NCBI GenBank assembly: GCA_973895155.1
Contig: OZ316896.1
Span: forward strand, 1 to 64,000
Direction of reading: 5' to 3'
Length of the DNA stretch: 64,000 nucleotides
DNA from: Marsupella aquatica
Lineage: Eukaryota; Plantae; Marchantiophyta
Both the position numbers and the translations under genes were made by a program. Position 1 is the stretch's first letter, and every line of letters starts with the position of its first letter. Below the pieces are notes generated by a model that saw only the letters and a program-made list of their open reading frames with translations, was not told where the DNA came from and made no database searches. Positions 26,701 through 37,700 of the stretch are shown one piece after another.

Positions 26701-29700
26701 CCCCCACCCTCACCCCCAGCTCGTTACACCCCCAATGCTACAGTAGGGTTGCACAGGCCCCCATGTGCACGCACCCCCAAAACTGGGGGCCATCCTCACC
26801 CTCAACCCCCATGGAACCCCTCCCCCACCCTCACCCCCAGCTCGTTACACCCCCAATGCTCAATTAGGGTTGCACACGCCCCCATGTGCACGCACCCCCA
26901 AAATTGGGGGCCACCCTCACCCTCAACCCCCATGGAACCCCTCCCCCACCCTCACCCCCAGCTCGTTACACCCCCAATGCTCAATTAGGGTTGCACACGC
27001 CCCCATGTGCACGCACCCCCAAAACTGGGGGCCATCCTCACCCTCAACCCCCATGGAACCCCTCCCCCACCCTCACCCCCAGCTCGTTACACCCCCAATG
27101 CTACAGTAGGGTTGCACAGGCCCCCATGTGCACGCACCCCCAAAACTGGGGGCCATCCTCACCCTCAACCCCCATGGAACCCCTCCCCCACCCTCACCCC
27201 CAGCTCGTTACACCCCCAATGCTCAATTAGGGTTGCACACGCCCCCATGTGCACGCACCCCCAAAACTGGGGGCCATCCTCACCCTCAACCCCCATGGAA
27301 CCCCTCCCCCACCCTCACCCCCAGCTCGTTACACCCCCAATGCTACAGTAGGGTTGCACAGGCCCCCATGTGCACGCACCCCCAAAACTGGGGGCCATCC
27401 TCACCCTCAACCCCCATGGAACCCCTCCCCCACCCTCACCCCCAGCTCGTTACACCCCCAATGCTCAATTAGGGTTGCACACGCCCCCATGTGCACGCAC
27501 CCCCAAAATTGGGGGCCACCCTCACCCTCAACCCCCATGGAACCCCTCCCCCACCCTCACCCCCAGCTCGTTACACCCCCAATGCTACAGTAGGGTTGGA
27601 GAGGCCCCCATGTGCACGCACCCCCAAAACTGGGGGCCATCCTCACCCTCAACCCCCATGGAACCCCTCCCCCACCCTCACCCCCAGCTCGTTACACCCC
27701 CAATGCTCAATTAGGGTTGCACAGGCCCCCATGTGCACGCACCCCCAAAACTGGGGGCCATCCTCACCCTCAACCCCCATGGAACCCCTCCCCCACCCTC
27801 ACCCCCAGCTCGTTACACCCCCAATGCTACAGTAGGGTTGCACAGGCCCCCATGTGCACGCACCCCCAAAACTGGGGGCCATCCTCACCCTCAACCCCCA
27901 TGGAACCCCTCCCCCACCCTCACCCCCAGCTCGTTACACCCCCAATGCTACAGTAGGGTTGCACAGGCCCCCATGTGCACGCACCCCCAAAACTGGGGGC
28001 CATCCTCACCCTCAACCCCCATGGAACCCCTCCCCCACCCTCACCCCCAGCTCGTTACACCCCCAATGCTCAATTAGGGTTGCACACGCCCCCATGTGCA
28101 CGCACCCCCAAAATTGGGGGCCACCCTCACCCTCAACCCCCATGGAACCCCTCCCCCACCCTCACCCCCAGCTCGTTACACCCCCAATGCTACAGTAGGG
28201 TTGGAGAGGCCCCCATGTGCACGCACCCCCAAAACTGGGGGCCATCCTCACCCTCAACCCCCATGGAACCCCTCCCCCACCCTCACCCCCAGCTCGTTAC
28301 ACCCCCAATGCTCAATTAGGGTTGCACACGCCCCCATGTGCACGCACCCCCAAAATTGGGGGCCACCCTCACCCTCAACCCCCATGGAACCCCTCCCCCA
28401 CCCTCACCCCCAGCTCGTTACACCCCCAATGCTACATTAGGGTTGCACACGCCCCCATGTGCACGCACCCCCAAAACTGGGGGCCACCCTCACCCTCAAC
28501 CCCCATGGAACCCCTCCCCCTCCCTCACCCCCAGCTCGTTACACCCCCAATGCTCAATTAGGGTTGCACACGCCCCCATGTGCACGCACCCCCAAAACTG
28601 GGGGCCATCCTCACCCTCAACCCCCATGGAACCCCTCCCCCACCCTCACCCCCAGCTCGTTACACCCCCAATGCTACAGTAGGGTTGAACAGGCCCCCAT
28701 GTGCACGCACCCCCAAAACTGGGGGCCATCCTCACCCTCAACCCCCATGGAACCCCTCCCCCACCCTCACCCCCAGCTCGTTACACCCCCAATGCTACAG
28801 TAGGGTTGCACAGGCCCCCATGTGCACGCACCCCCAAAACTGGGGGCCATCCTCACCCTCAACCCCCATGGAACCCCTCCCCCACCCTCACCCCCAGCTC
28901 GTTACACCCCCAATGCTACAGTAGGGTTGCACACGCCCCCATGTGCACGCACCCCCAAAACTGGGGGCCACCCTCACCCTCAACCCCCATGGAACCCCTC
29001 CCCCACCCTCACCCCCTGCTCGTTACACCCCCAATGCTACAGTAGGGTTGCACACGCCCCCATGTGCACGCACCCCCAAAATTGGGGGCCACCCTCACCC
29101 TCAACCCCCATGGAACCCCTCCCCCACCCTCACCCCCAGCTCGTTACACCCCCAATGCTACAGTAGGGTTGGAGAGGCCCCCATGTGCACGCACCCCCAA
29201 AACTGGGGGCCATCCTCACCCTCAACCCCCATGGAACCCCTCCCCCACCCTCACCCCCAGCTCGTTACACCCCCAATGCTCAATTAGGGTTGCACACGCC
29301 CCCATGTGCACGCACCCCCAAAATTGGGGGCCATCCTCACCCTCAACCCCCATGGAACCCCTCCCCCACCCTCACCCCCAGCTCGTTACACCCCCAATGC
29401 TACAGTAGGGTTGCACACGCCCCCATGTGCACGCACCCCCAAAACTGGGGGCCACCCTCACCCTCAACCCCCATGGAACCCCTCCCCCACCCTCACCCCC
29501 TGCTCGTTACACCCCCAATGCTACAGTAGGGTTGCACACGCCCCCATGTGCACGCACCCCCAAAACTGGGGGCCACCCTCACCCTCAACCCCCATGGAAC
29601 CCCTCCCCCACCCTCACCCCCAGCTCGTTACACCCCCAATGCTCAATTAGGGTTGCACACGCCCCCATGTGCACGCACCCCCAAAACTGGGGGCCACCCT

Positions 29701-29943
29701 CACCCTCAACCCCCATGGAACCCCTCCCCCACCCTCACCCCCAGCTCGTTACACCCCCAAAAGCTACAGTAGGGTGGCACTCGCCCCCTGGTACACGCAC
29801 CCCGAAAATTGCGGGGTACCCCCACCCCTAGCCCCTCCAAAATGCGCACACAACAAACTGGGGGTCAAACTCACCCCCAATATTCAATAATCATACCAGT
29901 ACTTAAAAAACTGGTATGCCACATGTGAAAACTGGGGATGACA

Positions 29944-30013
29944 CTCTAAACCCTAAACCCTAAACCCTAAACCCTAACCCCTAAACCCTAAACCCTAAAC
30001 CCTAAACCCTAAA
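29944..30013 (+). repeat. Interstitial telomeric tract, ~10 mostly perfect CCCTAAA units
   Basis: CTCTAAA(CCCTAAA)3 CCCTAAC(CCCTAAA)5, joined directly to the middle of a monomer (CCCCCTGCTCGTTAC). Confidence 0.95.
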
Positions 30014-30461
30014 CCCCCTGCTCGTTACACCCCCAATGCTACAGTAGGGTTGCACACGCCCCCATGTGCACGCACCCCCAAAACTGGGGGCCACCCTCAC
30101 CCTCAACCCCCATGGAACCCCTCCCCCACCCTCACCCCCAGCTCGTTACACCCCCAATGCTCAATTAGGGTTGCACACGCCCCCATGTGCACGCACCCCC
30201 AAAACTGGGGGCCACCCTCACCCTCAACCCCCATGGAACCCCTCCCCCACCCTCACCCCCAGCTCGTTACACCCCCAAAAGCTACAGTAGGGTGGCACTC
30301 GCCCCCTGGTACACGCACCCCGAAAATTGCGGGGTACCCCCACCCCTAGCCCCTCCAAAATGCGCACACAACAAACTGGGGGTCAAACTCACCCCCAATA
30401 TTCAATAATCATACCAGTACTTAAAAAACTGGTATGCCACATGTGAAAACTGGGGATGACA

Positions 30462-30573
30462 CTCTAAACCCTAAACCCTAAACCCTCAACCCTAAACCCT
30501 AAACCCTCAACCCTAAACCCTCAACCCTAAACCCTAAACCCTCAACCCTAAACCCTCAACCCTAAACCCTAAA
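30462..30573 (+). repeat. Telomeric tract of 16 units mixing CCCTAAA and variant CCCTCAA
   Basis: Parsed in register as 7-mers: one CTCTAAA, ten CCCTAAA and five CCCTCAA. Confidence 0.93.
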
Positions 30574-31718
30574 CTCCAACCTCCTAATCCCAACCCTAAC
30601 ACACACCTCTCCCAAAACACTCCTCTCAACCTCCCTATCCCACCCCCAACACACAACTCCCTCAACCCCCCACACTCTCAACCTCCTAAACCCAACTCAA
30701 CACACACCTCCCCAACCCCCCACACTCTCAACCTTCTAAACCCAACTCAACACACACCTCCCCCAAAACACTCCTCTCAACCTCCCCATCCCAACCCCAC
30801 AACTCCCTCAACCCCCCACACACCTCCCCAACCCCCCACACTCCAACCTCCTAATCCCAACTCAACACACACCTCTCCCAAAACACTCCTCTCAACCTCC
30901 CCATCCCACCCCCAACACACAACTCCCTAAACACCCCACACTCCAACCTCCTAATCCCAACTCAACACACACCTCTCCCAAAACACTCCTCTCAACCTCC
31001 CCATCCCACCCCCAACACACAACTCCCTCAACCCCCCACACTCTCAACCTCCTAAACCCAACTCAACACACACCTCCCCAACCCCCCACACTCTCAACCT
31101 TCTAAACCCAACTCAACACACACCTCCCCCAAAACACTCCTCTCAACCTCCCCATCCCAACCCCACAACTCCCTCAACCCCCCACACTTTCAACCTCCCC
31201 AACCCAACTCCAACACACAACTCCCTCAACCCCCCACCCCCCAAAACACTCCTCTCAACCTCCCCATCTCAACCCCAACACACAACTCCCTAAACACCCC
31301 ACACTCTCAACCTCCTAATCCCAACTCAACACACACCTCTCCCAAAACACTCCTCTCAACCTCCCCATCCCAACCCCACAACTCCCTCAACCCCCCACAC
31401 TTTCAACCTCCCCAACCCAACTCCAACACACAACTCCCTCAACCCCCCACCCCCCAAAACACTCCTCTCAACCTCCCCATCTCAACCCCAACACACAACT
31501 CCCTAAACACCCCACACTCTCAACCTCCTAATCCCAACTCAACACACACCTCTCCCAAAACACTCCTCTCAACCTCCCCATCCCAACCCCACAACTCCCT
31601 CAACCCCCCACACTTTCAACCTCCCCAACCCAACTCCAACACACAACTCCCTCAACCCCCCACCCCCCAAAACACTCCTCTCAACCTCCCCATCCCAACC
31701 CCAACACACAACTCCCTC
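30574..31718. repeat. G-free complex C/A/T repeat (~50-bp subunits; 213-bp period in 31130-31717)
   Basis: No G on the + strand from 30459 to 31718. The landmark CACTTTCAACC has its TTT at 31188, 31401 and 31614 (213-bp spacing). A further ~366-bp duplication relates 30734 and 31100. Confidence 0.92.
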
Positions 31719-32337
31719 GACCGTGCACAGCATGTAGGAGACCATGCTCCGCGCTCCCTAAATACCCTGAAATGGCCTGAAGACGGGCCTCATTGCACGC
31801 GCTGTGCAGAGAAGATATATACAGGTTTGAACAATAATGTTGTGGGGAGTCCAAATGTTGAAACGTTGAGACCGTGCACTGCATGTAGGAGACCATGCAC
31901 CGCGCTCCCTAAATACCCTGAAATGGCCTGAAGACCGGCCTCATTGCACGTGCTGTGTAGAGATCGACTTGCTTTGTAATGTTGGTTCCTTTGTATTTTC
32001 ATGGCAGGACGGTCTTTTTCGGGCACTCGTGGCAAAAAGACCACGAAAAAGACCGCAAAGACCGGGCATTGCGATCACTGGGCTGCACGAAAATGTATAT
32101 ATAAAAAATACCCTGAAATGGCCTGAAGACCGGTCTCATTGCACGCGCTGTGCAAAGAAGATATGTACAGGCCTTATTGCATGCGCTGTGGAGAGAAGAT
32201 ATATACAGGCCTGAAGACCGGCCTCATTGCACGCGCTGTGCAGAGAAGATATGACATTGTACAGGCTCCCTAAATACCTTGAAATGGCCTGAAGACCGGG
32301 CTCATTGCACGCAGAGTGAGAGGAAGATATATACAGG
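31719..32337. repeat. Tandem/partial copies of a ~151-bp repeat (GACCGTGCAC...CCCTAAATACCCTGAAATGGCCTGAAGACCGGCCTCATTGCACGCGCTGTGCAGAGAAGATATATACAGG)
   Basis: GACCGTGCAC is at 31719 and 31870. The GGCCTGAAGACC core recurs at ~31775, 31925, 32120, 32208 and 32286. Another copy lies at ~53968-54118. Confidence 0.88.
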
Positions 32338-32361
32338 GTTTAGGGTTTAGGGTTTAGGGTT
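32335..32361 (-). repeat. Short telomeric tract in the opposite (TTTAGGG on +) orientation
   Basis: (AGGGTTT)3AGGGTT fused to the ...GATATATACAGG end of the preceding repeat. Confidence 0.85.
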
Positions 32362-32496
32362 ATAACCCATACAAGAGTTAATATTAACCCAAATACAAAA
32401 TGGGAAACAAGTTCATAGTATTGGGTAGTTTAGGGGACAGGTTAGTAAAATGCTGTTTTTTTTAAAACTATCATGGCATAAGCTTGCAGCTGACCA

Positions 32497-32597
32497 GCTC
32501 ATGATCAGTGACAAACTGATGAGGTTCTCAACAATGACCACCCTCCCGCTCATGAACAGTGACAAACTGATGAGCTTCCCAACAATGACCACCCTCT
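32497..32597. repeat. ~51-bp tandem duplication
   Basis: GCTCATGA(T/A)CAGTGACAAACTGATGAG..C.CAACAATGACCACCCTC occurs twice. Confidence 0.8.
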
Positions 32598-32883
32598 ACA
32601 ACCCGTAACAGGTCAGTTTTAGGACTGAAATGTAGAGAGTGTCATCCGTGTCAAATAATACGTTTGGCAAGGTCCATCCGGGTTGCTCAAATCTACATCA
32701 GCATTTCAGCATACTTGAAGGTCCATCCTGGCTTCAAGTTCTCACGGATCAGGTCCTTGCTTTTTAATTGACAAGCTGGAAAAGCATCTTCAATTCCACC
32801 CGTGACGGGTCTTTCACTTGCTTCATACAGCTTTCCCCATTAACTTTTTCGATGGGGTTGCCATGGGGATATCGCCCTCCTGC

Positions 32884-33180
32884 CTCGGGGGTCTCACTTC
32901 CACAAAAATGGCATATCACGTGCGACGAAGGATAGGGTCATTTTATTGGTTCTAAGGGAAGACTTAAGAATTTTTGTAGAAGAACACTAGGGTCTTTTAA
33001 ATTCAATTTTGAGACTTATAAGAACATTAGGGTCTTTTTAATCCAATTTTTAGAATATTTCAAGAATATTCCAACTTTATAGTGGTTAAAAAATAAAAAA
33101 AATTTCTTACATTTTAGGGGGTCCGAGGCCTAAAAACGTCGCAGGCGATGGGGAGGTCCCCATATAGTGAGACCCCCGAG
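32884..33180. mobile_element. Non-autonomous DNA transposon (MITE), hAT-like by its 8-bp TSD
   Basis: Perfect 15-bp TIRs: CTCGGGGGTCTCACT (32884-32898) and AGTGAGACCCCCGAG (33166-33180). Identical 8-bp flanks CCTCCTGC at 32876-32883 and 33181-33188. The interior is AT-rich and non-coding. Confidence 0.88.
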
Positions 33181-34786
33181 CCTCCTGCAATCAATCTGCT
33201 CCTCAAATAATCCAAGACTCGTCAACTGTGAATGTACATCAGGAAATTAGGGTTCCTATTATTTTGCAATTAAACAATGATTTATAAACTCACGAAGGGT
33301 GCGATAAGAATACACTGTAAAATCATAAATGTTATCATGTTGACCTGGCATTACTAGATATTTGTGGGTGCCACAATGATTCATTGCTTTGTAATTTTCA
33401 CAAAATATTACATTAACAAATCATTGGGCTCATCGTGATGATTCATTGTCAAGTTATTCCACGTTTATTCTTGCATGATTCTACAATGAAATACATTGTT
33501 GGATCATTATATTTTCATTGTTAGATCAATGTTTGGTCAATATTGTATGGACAGTGTAACAATGTATTTTCAATACATTTGGTAATAAAAACCATTCTTC
33601 AATTAATAGACTTTCATTGACAGATCAATATGTGGTCAATGTAGTATAACAATGTAGTTTCAACCGTCCAAACATCAGGGATCAAATAGAATTTCATTGA
33701 CAATACATCAATAAACCAGCATCTCTTCTTCATCAATATAATGATAGGTATCTAATGTTGATAAGACAATGATAAATACCTTTATTTTCATTAACATGTC
33801 ATGGGTCATTGGTACTTATTATCTGTACATTATATTTTGGACACTCATATATCACTGGTTTTCCTTATCTTCTTTGCATAATCTCTAAGGTTTATGGATA
33901 ATTTATTTGAGGGTACGACTTGACATTTTATATCAATGTTTCAACATCTTTCATTTATCTTTACACCAATACATAGTCCTATATTCCATATTGAACTGAT
34001 CTAATGGAATTAGTTTGTCATTTCAATATAGTATACCATACTAAAATCCAACATTATTTCAATGTTATTGAGTATACAATTCTACATCACATTTAGGTTA
34101 GGGGTAGTACTACAATTGACATATGAATCACTTTCGAAAGACCTTTACAAAGAGGAGGAATATGTCATATATGTAACATTTCATTTTAAAGACAAAGACA
34201 ATAAAGAGTACATGATGCAAGAGGGTCAACTCATCCCTCTAACTACATTGAGTCTCTTCATATAGCCACTATAATAGTCTGCTATTACTCAATACTCACA
34301 TTCAATTAGGACAAGACTCATTATCCTAAATCTCACCCTAAATCACAATCCCAATCCTATTGATGTCCCTTCTCTATCCTTTTACTTTCTCCTCCATCTT
34401 ACTCATGCACTTGTGATGGAGATGCATTTGTGATGCCTCCATCACTCTGCCCTCCATAGCCAACTCAAGCTGCAATTACAAATGTTCAGAATGATTAGAA
34501 TCCATTATATGTGCAAGAAAAACCTTATTTAGAGATGTACTAAACCTTAAATCTGTAATAAACAAACTAAACATCAAACTTGTGAAAAAATAAATTGTAA
34601 AATTACAATATATCAGCAGACTTGAGCCCGCCATAAAGTCTACGATAATGTATATTCACAAGCACCACAGAAAACCCTTGTTCCTGGTGCTATTTCAGGA
34701 CTGCTATTACTAGCAAAATTGCTCACCACATCTTAACGCCAAGATTCAACGAACCTACAGCGAAAGCACTGAAACACCTAAGTTAC

Positions 34787-37700
34787 CTCACTCTCTAGTT
34801 GACCAAGATGTGCTTCCATATTCTTTAACTTTAACTGTGCAAGCGCTGTAACTACTTGCCCCTCGAGAACCATTTTCTCGTGCCCTGCAGCTTCCCTCTC
34901 CATGAGCAGCCTCTCTCTTGCTCCTTCTTGTTCCTGTGAAGAGAACCAGTTAACAGATTTGTTTAAGAGACATCCTAGCCAGCTGGAAACGAATCATTTC
35001 TCAATAATTTGATTAGCATGAACTCCGAACAGTCCGATATAAACTTAGCAAAGGGATAGAAGTGACTTTGAAGTACCTTAAGATCCTTCGATGCAGCTGT
35101 CATTTCCTTTTTGTTAATTGTGCAAAGTATCATGCGCTTCTAAGTGTTAATACATGATTGTACCAGACATGTATCTGAGTCCACTCCCCGGATATCACAC
35201 CTTATTATCCGGGTGTCTATTGTGATGATTCACTAGTTCGTAGTATGTACGCTATTAGCCTTTACCGTAGATCTTTAGGTCTTTGTCTTCTACCCTTTGA
35301 TGTATCTTGATCGATTGTCACTCAGCGGGTATATATGTGGGACCCCCGTTTCCCTTAAGCATTCATTCATAGAATCAAGATTCGAATTGTCTTTACAATT
35401 TCATGGATTTGATACTCTTCTCTACGTCTTTCAATCGAGTTTCTCGGTCCCGACCACGCTCGTTAATTGCTCGCTCCAGGTCGGAGGCTTTCTTTATGCA
35501 TTCATTGTGATGGTTCTCCTTGTTGGCTAGGTCCTTCTTTTCTGCGTCCAGCTCGGCCTCCATTGTTCAGATCGACTCACTTAGCTGACATCGCGCAGGT
35601 ATTTGATGTCAAGCTAACAAGGACCCGACTAAACACTTTGCTACTCACGACGACTGCACTCTTCGAAAATCCCAAGAATCTTGACTGTAAACATGAGAAA
35701 GAGCGCTACTATTGAAACAACAATTTGCGCTCGTAAACTTAAGCCCAGCAGTATATCTAACTCGTACGGGTAGCCATACACGAGGGGCTGAAGTCGCTTA
35801 TACTGTCAAAGCTCTGATGCCAAGACAGTAGACCGTAAAAACCTAAGAAGGACATCCTCCCTCATTTTCCTCACAACAAAGTGATTCTCAGACACGTTGA
35901 ATTGTCACTGATGAAACATGTTTGGAACCGAGAAATTGCAACAAACCTTGTGATGTTCGCTCTACTCAGCCCTGGTTTCATACAGAGAGAGATCATATGA
36001 CTTCAGTTCCAATTGTGACTTTAAGTGGGCATATTTCTTCTGCATGGGTGCCAACTTCTCAATCTGCAGCATTCGCATGTACAAATTAAGGACAACTGGA
36101 GGTCGTCGTACATTGGATCAAAAATCTTCACGACCACCAGATGTAGCTATAAGAACCCAGTCTCAACGGGGATGGACCTGGTATAAACAGATCCTGTTGC
36201 ACATAGTTCTACTGCGTCATGTATAAACTCGACGTCATGTCCAAATCAAACATAAAAGCCTTACCTCTTTCTCGATCTTTGAAAGTGCCTGAACATGCTC
36301 TGCCAAGCTGCCCTCCGCCTCTGCTAGTGCATGAAGTTGCATCAGGAGTTCCCCACCATTCCTGGAAGGAAACATTAAATGAAATACTTGCACTGCGACT
36401 TCTGCAGGACATCTAGACTTACAGCGACACTATGCTTCTACGTTACTCTAAGCAGAGACGGTACGCATGAGGAAAATCTGCCCAGCGTTTGAAACCTGTA
36501 TAGCTCAATTTCTTTACTTCGGATGAGCTGATCGCAACAATAGCTCCATTCCACAACTCGGACGTTCGTACAAAGTGAATTAGCTCAGAAACGGACCTGC
36601 GCGAACCACCGGTAAGAAGACCACGAGGTTCAAAAACATCCCCCTGCAGGGTCACCCACTTAGTATTGACGTCCTTGTGGGAAAGCCACCTACACCAGCC
36701 GATACTTGAGCGAAAATCTGCTGAGTTTACTTCGAATATAATCATTTTACTCCAAGGCTAGCATGAATATAAAGTCAACTACTGGTAGGGGTTTTAGTAT
36801 TCAAGAAGTCTGCACTAATGAAAAGGGTCAACTTTATCATAAGGATCTACAATTTCAAAATAATATGCAATTGCTGAAATTCACCTGTTTGGCCGTTTCA
36901 GTATCATTACAGACAAACGCTCCACCGAAAACGAAAGCCATAGTCGCCTGCATTATGACATCACTATATCAGAATGTTCTTTACTCCAAACGTTAGACAG
37001 ACGTCAATAGAATTGTTAATACGTAGTACCTTTGAATCGTCTACTTGGAGACTAACTATATTTGCATACGCTAAAGCAGGAGAAGCTGATCTCTAAATAC
37101 GACAGGAAGCTACATTTAACTTACTTGAAGCTCGTCAGGGTAGCCAACGAGGGACAGTGCTGGTTTTGCCCTGGCAGGACCCACCGTACCTGTACGAGAC
37201 AAAAGCTGCTCAGACTGTACATCTTAAGGCCATCATAGCGAAATTTCGAGTTGGACTAAGCGAAGCACTGAGTCACACACACCAGATCTGATTGCTCAAT
37301 ATGTGAAAGATCCAGCGGCTAAATTTAAGGAACAAGACATTTGCAATGCAACATTGTCAGGGACCATCTTCAAACGTAGCACCCCTTCGAAAGAATCAAA
37401 CAAAAGAGTGAAGCATTCATTCTGAGGATACGAATAGTTTGCAGTTCCCACCTAAAGATCATTTTCTCAACCCCTTTATATCTCACACAACCAACCATGA
37501 ATTCCGGCATCTGCTGAAGATAAATAACTATTACGATTCGAATAAATCTTTCCAATCTAAGAAGAGAGCACTGAAAGCGATGCAAGATGGGAACCTTTCT
37601 TTAGCGAGAACATACGTCAGAAAATAAATCATACCAGCTTGGCCGCTGCCGCCTGAGTTCTCGAAGAGATGGGGTTGGCTTGAATCTTGTTGAGAGGAAT

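Larger units (their letters stand above)
1..30461. repeat. Subtelomeric-type satellite array: 121-bp C-rich monomer in higher-order units separated by a ~450-bp spacer containing telomeric repeats
   Basis: The monomer ATGTGCACGCACCCCCAAAA(C/T)TGGGGGCCA(T/C)CCTCACCCTCAACCCCCATGGAACCCCTCCCCCACCCTCACCCCCAGCTCGTTACACCCCCAATGCT(ACAG/CAAT/ACAT)TAGGGTTG(CACAC/CACAG/AACAG/GAGAG)GCCCCC recurs every 121 bp. The spacer landmark GTCAAACTCACCCCCAATATT is at 1, 2416, 4618, 7033, 9114, 12616, 15032, 17447, 19862, 25058, 29864 and 30382. Confidence 0.98.

Noticed and set aside
377-29790. CRISPR-like array (constant repeat with variable segment)
   Set aside because: The variable positions are a few recurring alleles, not unique spacers. 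The context is eukaryotic and there are no cas genes.
358-30408. >200 overlapping proline/histidine-rich ORFs resembling extensins
   Set aside because: Artefact of a C-rich 121-bp (non-triplet) repeat. Each ORF starts at a GTG/TTG, cycles through the three frames and stops at the same TAG. There is no signal peptide.
32516-32580. Two CTGATGAG motifs suggesting hammerhead ribozymes
   Set aside because: No GAAA core follows a stem II, and the motifs are simply part of a 51-bp duplication.
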